Source: an actinobacterium SCGC AAA028-A23
Lineage (GTDB): Bacteria > Actinomycetota > Actinomycetes > Nanopelagicales > Nanopelagicaceae
Length of the DNA stretch: 64,000 nt
Direction: 5' to 3'
Assembly (NCBI GenBank): GCA_000378905.1
Contig: KB900551.1
Span: 2,026 to 66,025, forward strand
Below, one piece after another: positions 11,962 through 21,065 of this stretch. Under the pieces are notes generated by a model. It had not been told where the DNA came from. It made no database searches and saw only the letters and a list, made by a program, of their open reading frames with translations. The translations under genes and the position numbers were made by a program. Position 1 is the stretch's first letter, and every line of letters begins with the position of its first letter.

Positions 11962-12351
11962 GTGGCTATGGAATTAGTGGTCTTTCTTTGTTTTCTCTGG
12001 ATTGCCATATACGATTTTAAGAACCATTTAATAAGAAATATTGATCTGCTGATTGTTGCCATTTTTCTATTTCCTTTGTATTGGCGAAACTGGTGGATAG
12101 CTTTGGCGAACTTAAGCATCTATTTATTTATTTGGTTAATTAATAAAGGAAAACTTGGGGTAGGAGATGTGTATCTCTCATTTTTTTGCGCACTTTTATG
12201 TCCCAGTTTTCAAGTTTTGTTTTACTCCACTGGTATCGCCTGGATTCTCGGCGGAATCAGTTCTTTGAGAGATCCTAAGAAGGCGATTCCGTTCGCCCCA
12301 TTCATGATTGGCGGAAGTTATTTAGCTATTTTTTTGGTACCAACAGGGTAA
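11962..12351 (+). CDS. Minimal prepilin peptidase-like (A24) membrane protein
   Basis: Hydrophobic; IYD...I and LGVGD aspartate motifs; IPFAPFM tail; usual aroE-aroC position. Confidence 0.75.
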   Translation: MAMELVVFLCFLWIAIYDFKNHLIRNIDLLIVAIFLFPLYWRNWWIALANLSIYLFIWLINKGKLGVGDVYLSFFCALLCPSFQVLFYSTGIAWILGGISSLRDPKKAIPFAPFMIGGSYLAIFLVPTG

Positions 12352-12414
12352 ATGGCAACGAGATCAGCCTGTTATCTGAGAGAATAGGACATCAATTCCT
12401 GAGCGGAGAAAAAA

Positions 12415-13599
12415 TTGTTACGTTGGTTAACTGCTGGTGAGTCACATGGTCCAGCTCTGTCTGCAATCATTGAAGGAATTCCGGCTCAAGTCAATGTTTC
12501 AAGTGCTGAAATAGATTTAGATTTATCTCGACGCCGATTGGGTTTTGGTCGCGGTGCTCGTCAAAATTTTGAAGCTGACAAAATAACTATTACGGGTGGA
12601 ATTAGGCATGGCGTAACCCAAGGCGGGCCAATTGCAATTCAAATTGCGAATTCAGAATGGCCTAAGTGGGAAAAAATAATGAGTGCAGATCCTGTTCCAG
12701 AAGAGGAAATAAAGGATCTGGCCAGAAACGCGCCACTTACTAGGCCAAGACCTGGTCATGCTGATTTAGTAGGAATGCAGAAATTTGGTTTTTCAGATGC
12801 TAGACCAATTTTGGAGCGAGCAAGTGCTAGAGAAACTGCTGCCCGAGTGGCACTTGGTGCAGTTGCCCGTGCTTTTTTAAAACAGAGTGTTGGAATAGAA
12901 ATATTAAGTCACGTTGTTTCAATTGGCAAAGTTTCAATACCTGAGAATTATGAATTACCTCAAATTTTGGATCGAGCACGAATTGATGCGGATCCGGTTA
13001 GATGTGCTGATAAGAAAACTAGTGACGCAATTGTGAAAGAGATTGAGGCAGCTCATCGAGACGGAGATACTCTCGGTGGAGTCGTTGAAGTTTTGGCTTA
13101 TAACTTACCTCCTGGGTTGGGATCTCATACTCATTGGGATAAAAGATTAGATGCAAAGTTAGCTGGCGCAATGATGGGTATCCAGGCAATTAAAGGTGTC
13201 GAGCTTGGTGATGGATTTGCCACTGCAACTCGTCGCGGATCAGTGGCTCATGATGAAATTGAAAAGAATTCAATGGGTGCAATTGCACGTCGTACTGATC
13301 GCGCTGGAGGAACAGAGGGAGGTATGAGCAATGGAGAAATTTTGAGAGTTAAAGTTGCAATGAAACCAATCTCAACCGTTCCCAAAGCACTAGACACGAT
13401 CGATGTGAAAACCGGTGAACCTGCAAAGGCAATCAACCAGAGATCGGACGTTTGTGCAGTACCAGCTTCTGGAATAGTTGCTGAAGCGATGGCCGCCTTG
13501 GTTTTGGCTGATGCAGTACTTGAAAAATTCGGCGGCGATAGCGTGCCTGAAACAAAGCGTAATTATGAAAACTACATGAAAAACCTTCTGATTAAGTAA
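12415..13599 (+). CDS. aroC: Chorismate synthase
   Basis: [41 protein letters not shown]; TTG start with GGAG upstream. Confidence 0.98.
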   Translation: MLRWLTAGESHGPALSAIIEGIPAQVNVSSAEIDLDLSRRRLGFGRGARQNFEADKITITGGIRHGVTQGGPIAIQIANSEWPKWEKIMSADPVPEEEIKDLARNAPLTRPRPGHADLVGMQKFGFSDARPILERASARETAARVALGAVARAFLKQSVGIEILSHVVSIGKVSIPENYELPQILDRARIDADPVRCADKKTSDAIVKEIEAAHRDGDTLGGVVEVLAYNLPPGLGSHTHWDKRLDAKLAGAMMGIQAIKGVELGDGFATATRRGSVAHDEIEKNSMGAIARRTDRAGGTEGGMSNGEILRVKVAMKPISTVPKALDTIDVKTGEPAKAINQRSDVCAVPASGIVAEAMAALVLADAVLEKFGGDSVPETKRNYENYMKNLLIK

Positions 13600-14114
13600 T
13601 GTTAAAAAAAATCGTTCTTATCGGACCTCCAGGTGCAGGTAAATCAAGTATTGGCAAATCATTGGCTAAGGAGTTAAACCTGAATTTCATAGATAGTGAT
13701 TCTGAGATTGAGAAGATCTCACATAAGAAGATCTCTGAAATATTCATTGAAGATGGCGAACCTGCTTTTCGCCTGCTAGAGGTTGATGTAGTTAGAAGAG
13801 TTCTCGCAGATTTTGACGGAGTTATCTCACTAGGTGGTGGAGCGCCGATTAACCCAGAAATTCAAGAGGTTCTTGGTGGGGCAGATTATCCTGTTGTATT
13901 CATCGATGTTTCAATTGCTCAAGCAGCGATAAGAATTGGATTTAATAAAGATCGGCCATTATTACTTGTGAATCCACGCCAGCAATGGATCAGTTTGATG
14001 AATGATCGTCGCCCTATTTATGAAAAATTAGCCTCACAAACTATTTCTTCAGATAATCAAAAACCACATGAAGTAGCTAAGCAGATCAGTGATAAATTGA
14101 AAGCTACCTTATGA
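13599..14114 (+). CDS. aroK: Shikimate kinase
   Basis: GPPGAGKS, DSD, GEPAFR, SLGGG, RPLL. Confidence 0.96.
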   Translation: MLKKIVLIGPPGAGKSSIGKSLAKELNLNFIDSDSEIEKISHKKISEIFIEDGEPAFRLLEVDVVRRVLADFDGVISLGGGAPINPEIQEVLGGADYPVVFIDVSIAQAAIRIGFNKDRPLLLVNPRQQWISLMNDRRPIYEKLASQTISSDNQKPHEVAKQISDKLKATL

Positions 14115-15133
14115 AAACTATCACTGTTAAAGCAGAACATCACTACCCAGTGCAGGTTGGTGTCAATTCTCTTCATGAATTAGATCGAATAGCCAAGTTG
14201 CACAACAAGATCCTGGTGGTTGTTCCCAAATCATTGTTGTTGAAACTTAAAATGAATCTCAAGAAGTATGAGGTATTTGTGACACCTGAAGGTGAAGCAC
14301 AAAAAAATACTCAAGTTTTGCAACGTCTCTGGGACAAATGCGCAGCGTTAGGAATTCAACGTGGTGATGCTTTAATTTCACTCGGAGGTGGCGCAACTTC
14401 AGATTTAGTGGGTTTTGCAGCAGCAACTTGGCTAAGAGGCGTTAATTGGTATGCCTTTCCAACATCACTAGCCGCGATGGTTGATGCATCTGTTGGGGGG
14501 AAAACTGGAATAAACGCTAAATCTGGAAAGAACCTTATTGGATCTTTCTACTCCCCAAAGGAAGTTTTGATAGATTTGAAATTTGTTGATTCTTTGTCAC
14601 ACCGTGATTTTTCAGCTGGCATGGCAGAGGTAATCAAATGTGGATTTATAGCTGATTACAAGATTTTAAATCTGGTTCAGGATGAACATCTAGATCTTGA
14701 CCAAATTGTTTATAGAGCGGCGAAAGTAAAATCAGATGTTGTTTCAAAGGATTTTAAGGAAAGCAAGCTAAGAGAGATTCTTAATTACGGACACACATTA
14801 GGACATGCCATAGAAAAAGATAGCAATTATAGAATGCGACATGGCGAAGCGGTGAGCGTAGGGATGGTTTTCGCGGCTGAGCTAAGTTCTGAATTGGCTG
14901 GATTATCCTCCGATGCAGTGCTTTTGCATCGTGAATTATCCAAGTTATATAACCTTCCTATTTCCTATCCAAGAAAACGTTGGCCATACCTATTTAAATT
15001 AATTGGAAAAGATAAAAAAACCCAAGGATCCAGTCTTAGATTTATTGGAATAAGCAAAATTGGTAAGCCTGTCTGGTTTGAGAATGTTTCACCAAGCCTG
15101 TTAGCCAAGGTTTATGAGAGAATGTCCAAGTGA
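14111..15133 (+). CDS. aroB: 3-dehydroquinate synthase
   Basis: LGGGATSD, VDASVGGKTGIN, LNYGHTLGHA, HGEAV. Confidence 0.97.
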   Translation: MKTITVKAEHHYPVQVGVNSLHELDRIAKLHNKILVVVPKSLLLKLKMNLKKYEVFVTPEGEAQKNTQVLQRLWDKCAALGIQRGDALISLGGGATSDLVGFAAATWLRGVNWYAFPTSLAAMVDASVGGKTGINAKSGKNLIGSFYSPKEVLIDLKFVDSLSHRDFSAGMAEVIKCGFIADYKILNLVQDEHLDLDQIVYRAAKVKSDVVSKDFKESKLREILNYGHTLGHAIEKDSNYRMRHGEAVSVGMVFAAELSSELAGLSSDAVLLHRELSKLYNLPISYPRKRWPYLFKLIGKDKKTQGSSLRFIGISKIGKPVWFENVSPSLLAKVYERMSK

Positions 15134-15561
15134 AGATACTCATATTAAATGGTCCGAATCTATCTCGGCTAGATATTAGAGAACAAAGTTATTACGGAGA
15201 TTTAGATTATCCCCAGTTAAAGAGTGCGATTGAGAATCGAGCTGCTGAGTTAAAAATTGAGGTTGATATAAAGCAAAGTGATAGTGAAAGTGAGTTGATT
15301 TCTTGGCTGCATGAAGCCGCTGATAAGAAACAACCGGTAATCATCAATCCTGCAGCATTTACACATTATTCCTATGCAATACGAGATGCCGTTGCCATGC
15401 TTACTGCGCCAGTTATTGAGGTTCATCTATCCAATCCTTTATCACGCGAGGAATTTCGCCACACCTCAGTTGTGAGCGGGGTAGTAAATGGAACCATCGC
15501 TGGTTTTGGTGCAGAAAGTTATCTGCTGGCCATACTTGCCATGCAAAAATTGGTTGGTTAA
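15130..15561 (+). CDS. aroQ: Type II 3-dehydroquinate dehydratase
   Basis: LNGPNL, INPAAFTHYSYA, EVHLSN...REEFRH. Confidence 0.97.
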   Translation: MKILILNGPNLSRLDIREQSYYGDLDYPQLKSAIENRAAELKIEVDIKQSDSESELISWLHEAADKKQPVIINPAAFTHYSYAIRDAVAMLTAPVIEVHLSNPLSREEFRHTSVVSGVVNGTIAGFGAESYLLAILAMQKLVG

Positions 15562-15626
15562 CAAGGTAGGCTTGCCTAATAAGTTTTAGACTCAAATAAG
15601 ATATCAAACGATAAGACAGGGTAAAC

Positions 15627-16187
15627 ATGGCAACGACCAATGATTTAAAAAATGGTATGACATTGAACTTGGATGGGCAACTTTGGAATGTAATTGAGTT
15701 TCAACATGTGAAGCCTGGAAAAGGTGGAGCTTTTGTTCGCACCAAGATGCGCTCAGTTTTGTCAGGAAAAGTAGTTGAAAAAACTTTTAATGCTGGAGTT
15801 AAGGTTGAAGTTGCTTCTGTTGAAAAAAGAAATATGCAGTATTTGTACCGTGACGGCGAAGATTTCATGTTCATGGATTCCACAAATTACGATCAAATTT
15901 CAATTAGCAAGCAAACTGTTGGCGATGCCGTCGATTACCTTCTCGAGAATGCAGATGCAGTAGTAGCCATGCATGAAGGAAATCCATTATTTATCGAACT
16001 GCCTGCATCTGTTGAATTGAAGATTACATACACCGAACCTGGTTTGCAGGGCGATAGATCTTCCGGTGGCACCAAGCCTGCCACTGTAGAAACTGGGATT
16101 ACTGTTCAGGTTCCGTTGTTTATTAAACAAGATGAAGTTGTATTGGTAGATACACGAACTGGTGCTTATCTAGGTCGCGCAAACTAA
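15627..16187 (+). CDS. efp: Elongation factor P
   Basis: [27 protein letters not shown]. Confidence 0.98.
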   Translation: MATTNDLKNGMTLNLDGQLWNVIEFQHVKPGKGGAFVRTKMRSVLSGKVVEKTFNAGVKVEVASVEKRNMQYLYRDGEDFMFMDSTNYDQISISKQTVGDAVDYLLENADAVVAMHEGNPLFIELPASVELKITYTEPGLQGDRSSGGTKPATVETGITVQVPLFIKQDEVVLVDTRTGAYLGRAN

Positions 16188-16188
16188 T

Positions 16189-16596
16189 ATGTCTGCCCGT
16201 AGTAAAGCTCGAAAGCGGGCATTAGATTTCCTTTATGAGGCTGACATTAAAAAAGTATCAGCCTCTGAATTGTTCGCAGCCCGCGGAGCAACAGAGTTGT
16301 CTCAAGAACCTTATGTGGCTGTACTGCTTCAAGGTGTTTCTGATCATTTAGTTAAAATTGATGAATTAATTGTCACCTATGCCCAAGGTTGGGATATGGA
16401 CCGAATGCCAGCCATTGATCGAAATATTCTACGAATCGCGATCTTTGAAATTTTATGGGCCGCAGATATTGATTTGCAGGTTGCATGTGATCAAGCGGTT
16501 GAGCTGGCCAAAAGCATCTCTACCGATGAATCCTCAAGCTATATAAACGGGGTTCTAGGAAGAATTATCAAGCTCAAGGATTCAATCGCGATCTAA
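16189..16596 (+). CDS. nusB: Transcription antitermination factor NusB
   Basis: ARSKARKRA, DRNILR, AVELAK, YINGVLG. Confidence 0.96.
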   Translation: MSARSKARKRALDFLYEADIKKVSASELFAARGATELSQEPYVAVLLQGVSDHLVKIDELIVTYAQGWDMDRMPAIDRNILRIAIFEILWAADIDLQVACDQAVELAKSISTDESSSYINGVLGRIIKLKDSIAI

Positions 16597-17042
16597 CTGA
16601 TTACTAATTGATTAGTTTTCAGGTATTCAATAGTTTCAGGTTGAGATAAGCAAAGAAGCAAGGATAGAAATTGTAAATCGTTGCTCCTAAGGCTTAAGAA
16701 TTGACCATTCCAATCTTTCCTTCGATTAGCAATCATTTTTGCGAATTTTTGCAAAACTTCCCCTGATTGGTTTTGTTCTAAATTCACTTTTCCAAGATCT
16801 AATGTGAAATTAGAGGCGCTAACCGCCTCGGCACTTTGGGGGAATAGCTCAGTGATCGGAACCTGGTAGAACTCAAGTAGTGAGATTGCCTTTTTTAGCG
16901 AGATTGCCCGATCGCTTCTTTCGTAGGAGCCAATAACGACGGCTTTCCACTTTCCATTTGAGTAGCTCTCAACATCTTGCAAGCTCCACCCTTTTGATTT
17001 TCTTATTTGCCTTAATTGCTCTGCCGGATTATGTGTCTTCAT
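16593..17042 (-). CDS. bldD: BldD-family XRE transcriptional regulator
   Basis: SL.DVE..SNGKWKAVVIGSYERSDRAI matches the BldD HTH; C-terminal RKD-X8-RSND; located between nusB and pyrR as in Streptomyces. Confidence 0.9.
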   Translation of the reverse strand: MKTHNPAEQLRQIRKSKGWSLQDVESYSNGKWKAVVIGSYERSDRAISLKKAISLLEFYQVPITELFPQSAEAVSASNFTLDLGKVNLEQNQSGEVLQKFAKMIANRRKDWNGQFLSLRSNDLQFLSLLLCLSQPETIEYLKTNQLVIS

Positions 17043-17081
17043 AGCGGCAGGTTAGCCACACCGTTGAATTGATGATTTTAT

Positions 17082-17090
17082 TTATCCACA
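17082..17090 (+). promoter_or_regulatory. DnaA box (TTATCCACA) in the bldD/pyrR divergent promoter
   Basis: Exact 9-mer; a one-mismatch copy (TTAGCCACA) lies 30 bp away at 17052-17060. Confidence 0.45.
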
Positions 17091-17112
17091 CCCCTCTGAT
17101 AACATTCCACCG

Positions 17113-17149
17113 TTCCTTTAACGATCCGTCCAGAGAGGCGGCGAAGGAG
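17113..17149 (+). promoter_or_regulatory. PyrR-binding RNA loop overlapping the pyrR Shine-Dalgarno
   Basis: TTCCTTTAA-cgat-CCGTCCAGAGAGGCGG-cg-AAGGAG matches the CUUUAA...UCCNGNGAGG PyrR consensus. The lower stem UCCUU/AAGGA contains the SD; -10 TAACAT at 17100-17105. Confidence 0.9.
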
Positions 17150-17154
17150 AAAAA

Positions 17155-17676
17155 ATGGCTATTTTGCTGTCTGGCACCGAGATCGATCGGGCTATCAAAC
17201 GCATCTCTCATGAAATCATTGAACATAATCAGGGTGTTAACAATTTAGTTCTAATGGGAATCCCAACTCGTGGTGCTTTTCTTGCCGAGCGTATCTGTAC
17301 TTTTATTAATGAAATTGAAGCACCAGTTGCTAAAGGTGTGCTTGATATAACTCTGCATCGAGATGATCTAAGACTTAGGCCGCCAAAACCCATACTGCCA
17401 ACCACATTGCCAGCCGGTGGTATTGAGGGCAAAGATGTTGTTCTAGTTGATGATGTGCTCTTTTCAGGCCGCACAATCCGGGCTGCCCTTGATGCAATTG
17501 GAGAATTGGGAAGACCAAGAACTGTTCAACTTGCAGTATTGATAGATAGGGGACACCGCCAACTACCGATTCGCGCGGATTATGTAGGGAAAAATGTTCC
17601 AACATCGATTTCAGAAAGCGTGAAAGTGCATTTAGCGGAATTAGATGAAGAAGATCTAGTGGAGCTACTCAAATGA
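17155..17676 (+). CDS. pyrR: Pyrimidine operon regulator / uracil phosphoribosyltransferase PyrR
   Basis: [43 protein letters not shown]. Confidence 0.97.
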   Translation: MAILLSGTEIDRAIKRISHEIIEHNQGVNNLVLMGIPTRGAFLAERICTFINEIEAPVAKGVLDITLHRDDLRLRPPKPILPTTLPAGGIEGKDVVLVDDVLFSGRTIRAALDAIGELGRPRTVQLAVLIDRGHRQLPIRADYVGKNVPTSISESVKVHLAELDEEDLVELLK

Positions 17677-18626
17677 TTACTGGCCATCTTCTGTCGATAG
17701 ATGATTTAACTAGAGAAAGCGCGATGGGAATTTTGTCCACAGCAAAAGAGCTCGCAATCATTACAGAGGGACCGAATAAAAAACTTCCAACATTACGAGG
17801 AAAAACAGTAGTTAATCTCTTTTTTGAAGACTCTACAAGAACCAGAATTAGTTTTGAGACCGCCGCTAAACGCTTGTCCGCGGATGTTATTAATTTCTCG
17901 GCAAAGGGATCATCTGTTAGTAAAGGTGAAAGTCTTAAAGACACTGCTCAAACCTTGCAAGCAATGGGTGCAGATGCCGTGGTGATCAGGCATTCAAGCT
18001 CTGGAGCTGCAAAGCGATTGGCAGATACTCAATGGATCCAAGCCGCAGTTATTAACGCTGGAGATGGAACACATGAGCATCCAACACAAGCACTTCTTGA
18101 TGCATACACAATCAAGCAACACCTAAAACAAGATTCAGCCGATTTAAGTGGTGTTAAGGTTTTAATAGTTGGCGATATTTTGCACTCTCGAGTGGCTCGT
18201 AGCAATGTTTTATTACTAACAAAATTAGGTGCCACTGTTACCTTGGTTGCTCCACCTACTTTATTTCCAGTTGGTGTTGAAAATTGGCCAGTAAAGATTT
18301 CTTATAATCTTGATGAAGAAATAAGTAAATGTGATGTAGTGATGATGTTGAGAATTCAATTAGAGCGGATGAGTGATTCGTTCTTCCCAACTGCGCAAGA
18401 GTATTCAAAGCGTTATGGTTTGAACTCATCCAGATTGGCTAGATTATCTAAGGATGCAATTGTGATGCACCCAGGACCGATGAACCGTGGATTGGAGATT
18501 TCGGCAGAAAGTGCCGATGATCTTAAATCAGTGATTATTGATCAGGTTAAAAATGGAGTTGCTGTGAGAATGGCAGTTTTATATGAACTACTTGGTGGGG
18601 CAGCATTTGGAGAGGCCAAATCATGA
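17673..18626 (+). CDS. pyrB: Aspartate carbamoyltransferase
   Basis: [32 protein letters not shown]. Confidence 0.98.
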   Translation: MITGHLLSIDDLTRESAMGILSTAKELAIITEGPNKKLPTLRGKTVVNLFFEDSTRTRISFETAAKRLSADVINFSAKGSSVSKGESLKDTAQTLQAMGADAVVIRHSSSGAAKRLADTQWIQAAVINAGDGTHEHPTQALLDAYTIKQHLKQDSADLSGVKVLIVGDILHSRVARSNVLLLTKLGATVTLVAPPTLFPVGVENWPVKISYNLDEEISKCDVVMMLRIQLERMSDSFFPTAQEYSKRYGLNSSRLARLSKDAIVMHPGPMNRGLEISAESADDLKSVIIDQVKNGVAVRMAVLYELLGGAAFGEAKS

Positions 18627-19924
18627 TAATTTCCAACGCTAAATTAATTGATGGCAGATTAGTTAATATTAAAATTCAGTCTGGTGTAATTCACAAAATT
18701 GAGGAGGTTCAGAAATCTCAGAAAATTTCAGATTATGATGCCAAAGGTAAACTTGTAATTCCTGGTCTGGTTGACCTTCATACACATCTTCGAGAGCCAG
18801 GGCGAGAGGATTCCGAAACTGTTTTAACAGGTTCAATGGCAGCAGTTGCCGGTGGTTTTACAGCCATATCTGCAATGGCCAATACCAATCCAGTTGCTGA
18901 TACAGCTGGTGTTGTTGAGCAGGTATTTAGGCTGGGCAAGGCTGCCGGATTAGTTGATGTAAATCCGATTGGCGCGGTAACAAAAGGTTTGCATGGAGAA
19001 CAACTTGCTGAATTAGGGGCAATGGCAGATTCAATTGCAAGGGTTCGAATTTTTAGTGATGATGGTAAATGTGTTTCTGATCCATTAATTATGCGAAGAG
19101 CACTTGAGTATGTAAAAACATTTAATGGAATTATCGCCCAGCATGCACAAGAGCCTAGATTGACAGTTAATGCGCAAATGAATGAAGGTAGTGTTTCAGC
19201 ACGTATTGGTTTACCTGGTTGGCCTGCGATTGCAGAAGAGGCGATTATTGCCAGAGATATTCTTTTGGCTGAGCATGTTAAATCTCGATTGCATATATGC
19301 CACCTGACAACAGCTGGTGGGGTGGAGTTAGTTAGGTGGGCAAAAAAGCGTGGGATTCAAATCACAGCTGAGGTAACGCCACACCATCTTCTACTTACAG
19401 ATGATTTGGTAGAGAACTATGATCCTATCTACAAGGTAAACCCTCCACTGCGCACCGAGAAAGATGTTATGGCGCTCAGAGAGGGCTTAGCAGAGGGTGT
19501 TATTGATATTGTGGCTACAGATCATGCGCCTCATCCTGCAGAAGATAAGGATTGTGAATGGCAAGCAGCCGCATTTGGAATGGTTGGATTAGAGACGGCC
19601 TTGTCTGTTCTGGTAAAAACTATGATTGAAACAAAAATGATAAGCTGGAACGATCTGATTGATCGTATGTCTATCGCACCCGCCAGAATCGCAGGCTACT
19701 CAACACAGGGTCAGCTAATTGCGGAGAAAAATCACGCAAATTTCACCATAATTGATACAGATAGATCTTGGATAGTAAATCGTGACAAGTTGCAGTCGCA
19801 GAGCAAAAATACGCCATTCAATGGTTATGAATTACCTGCAGTTGTAACGGATGTATTTCACAATGGGGTTCAGGTTTTAAAAGATGGAGCAGTAGTTAGT
19901 AGGGGGAATCTCGCAAATGATTAA
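18623..19924 (+). CDS. pyrC: Dihydroorotase
   Basis: [35 protein letters not shown]. Confidence 0.97.
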   Translation: MIISNAKLIDGRLVNIKIQSGVIHKIEEVQKSQKISDYDAKGKLVIPGLVDLHTHLREPGREDSETVLTGSMAAVAGGFTAISAMANTNPVADTAGVVEQVFRLGKAAGLVDVNPIGAVTKGLHGEQLAELGAMADSIARVRIFSDDGKCVSDPLIMRRALEYVKTFNGIIAQHAQEPRLTVNAQMNEGSVSARIGLPGWPAIAEEAIIARDILLAEHVKSRLHICHLTTAGGVELVRWAKKRGIQITAEVTPHHLLLTDDLVENYDPIYKVNPPLRTEKDVMALREGLAEGVIDIVATDHAPHPAEDKDCEWQAAAFGMVGLETALSVLVKTMIETKMISWNDLIDRMSIAPARIAGYSTQGQLIAEKNHANFTIIDTDRSWIVNRDKLQSQSKNTPFNGYELPAVVTDVFHNGVQVLKDGAVVSRGNLAND

Positions 19925-21065
19925 GAGAACTCCAGCCTACTTAGTTCTTGATGATGGCCGAATTTTTGAAGGATTGTCTTGGGCTAAAACAGGGGAAACT
20001 TTTGGTGAAGCTGTGTTCTCAACTGGCATGACTGGATACCAAGAAACTTTGACTGACCCTTCCTACCATCAGCAAGTAGTCATAATGACAGCCCCTCATA
20101 TTGGTAATACAGGGATGAATAAAACCGATGAAGAATCTTCCAAGATATGGGTATCAGGATTTGTTGTTCGAAATCCTTCACCGATTACCAGTAACTGGCG
20201 AAGTGAAAAGAGTTTGGAAGAAGAATTGCTTGATGCCCAAGTTGTTGGTATTCAAGGTGTTGATACCAGGGCGATAACAAGACATCTTCGAGATCGTGGC
20301 GCAATGCGAGTTGGAATATTTAGTGACACTGCGTTAACTCGAGAAGAGATGGTAGTTAAGGTTCGGAAAACTAAGCCGATGAGTGGAGCATTTCTAGCTT
20401 CAGATGTAACAACTAAAAAACCTTATGTGGTAAATCCGCCAACTGGTGTTGCTACTCGTTTGAAAGTTGCCGCTATTGACTTAGGAATAAAGGGTGCAAC
20501 TCCAAAAGCTATGGCAGCCCTTGGAATTTCAGTTCATGTGTTACCACTTGAAACAACCTTTGAAGAAATTAAAGCATTATCTCCTGATGGGGTGTTTCTC
20601 TCTAATGGACCTGGTGATCCAGCAGCAATGACTGATGTGGTCGAATTGGTTCGTAAAGTTCTTGAGGCTGAGATTCCATTCTTTGGAATATGTTTTGGAC
20701 ATCAAATACTTGGTCGGGCATTGGGATTCGAAACCTATAAATTGCCATTTGGTCATAGAGGAATTAATCAACCGGTAATTGATCTAACAACAGGAAAAGT
20801 TGAGATCACAGCTCACAATCATGGCTTTGCTGTTGCCGCACCTAAAGATCATGAGTTTAAAACAGTTTACGGGGATGGAAGAGTCACTCATTTATCTTTA
20901 AATGACAATGTTGTGGAGGGGTTAGAACTTATCTCTTCACCTGCTTTCTCCGTTCAATATCATCCAGAATCGGCTGCTGGCCCACATGATGCTGCATATT
21001 TGTTCAAGAGATTTGTTGATTTGATGGAAAAATCTAAGTTTATAGGTGTTGGCTCAAATGCCTAA
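19917..21065 (+). CDS. carA: Carbamoyl-phosphate synthase small subunit
   Basis: [28 protein letters not shown]. Confidence 0.98.
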   Translation: MIKRTPAYLVLDDGRIFEGLSWAKTGETFGEAVFSTGMTGYQETLTDPSYHQQVVIMTAPHIGNTGMNKTDEESSKIWVSGFVVRNPSPITSNWRSEKSLEEELLDAQVVGIQGVDTRAITRHLRDRGAMRVGIFSDTALTREEMVVKVRKTKPMSGAFLASDVTTKKPYVVNPPTGVATRLKVAAIDLGIKGATPKAMAALGISVHVLPLETTFEEIKALSPDGVFLSNGPGDPAAMTDVVELVRKVLEAEIPFFGICFGHQILGRALGFETYKLPFGHRGINQPVIDLTTGKVEITAHNHGFAVAAPKDHEFKTVYGDGRVTHLSLNDNVVEGLELISSPAFSVQYHPESAAGPHDAAYLFKRFVDLMEKSKFIGVGSNA

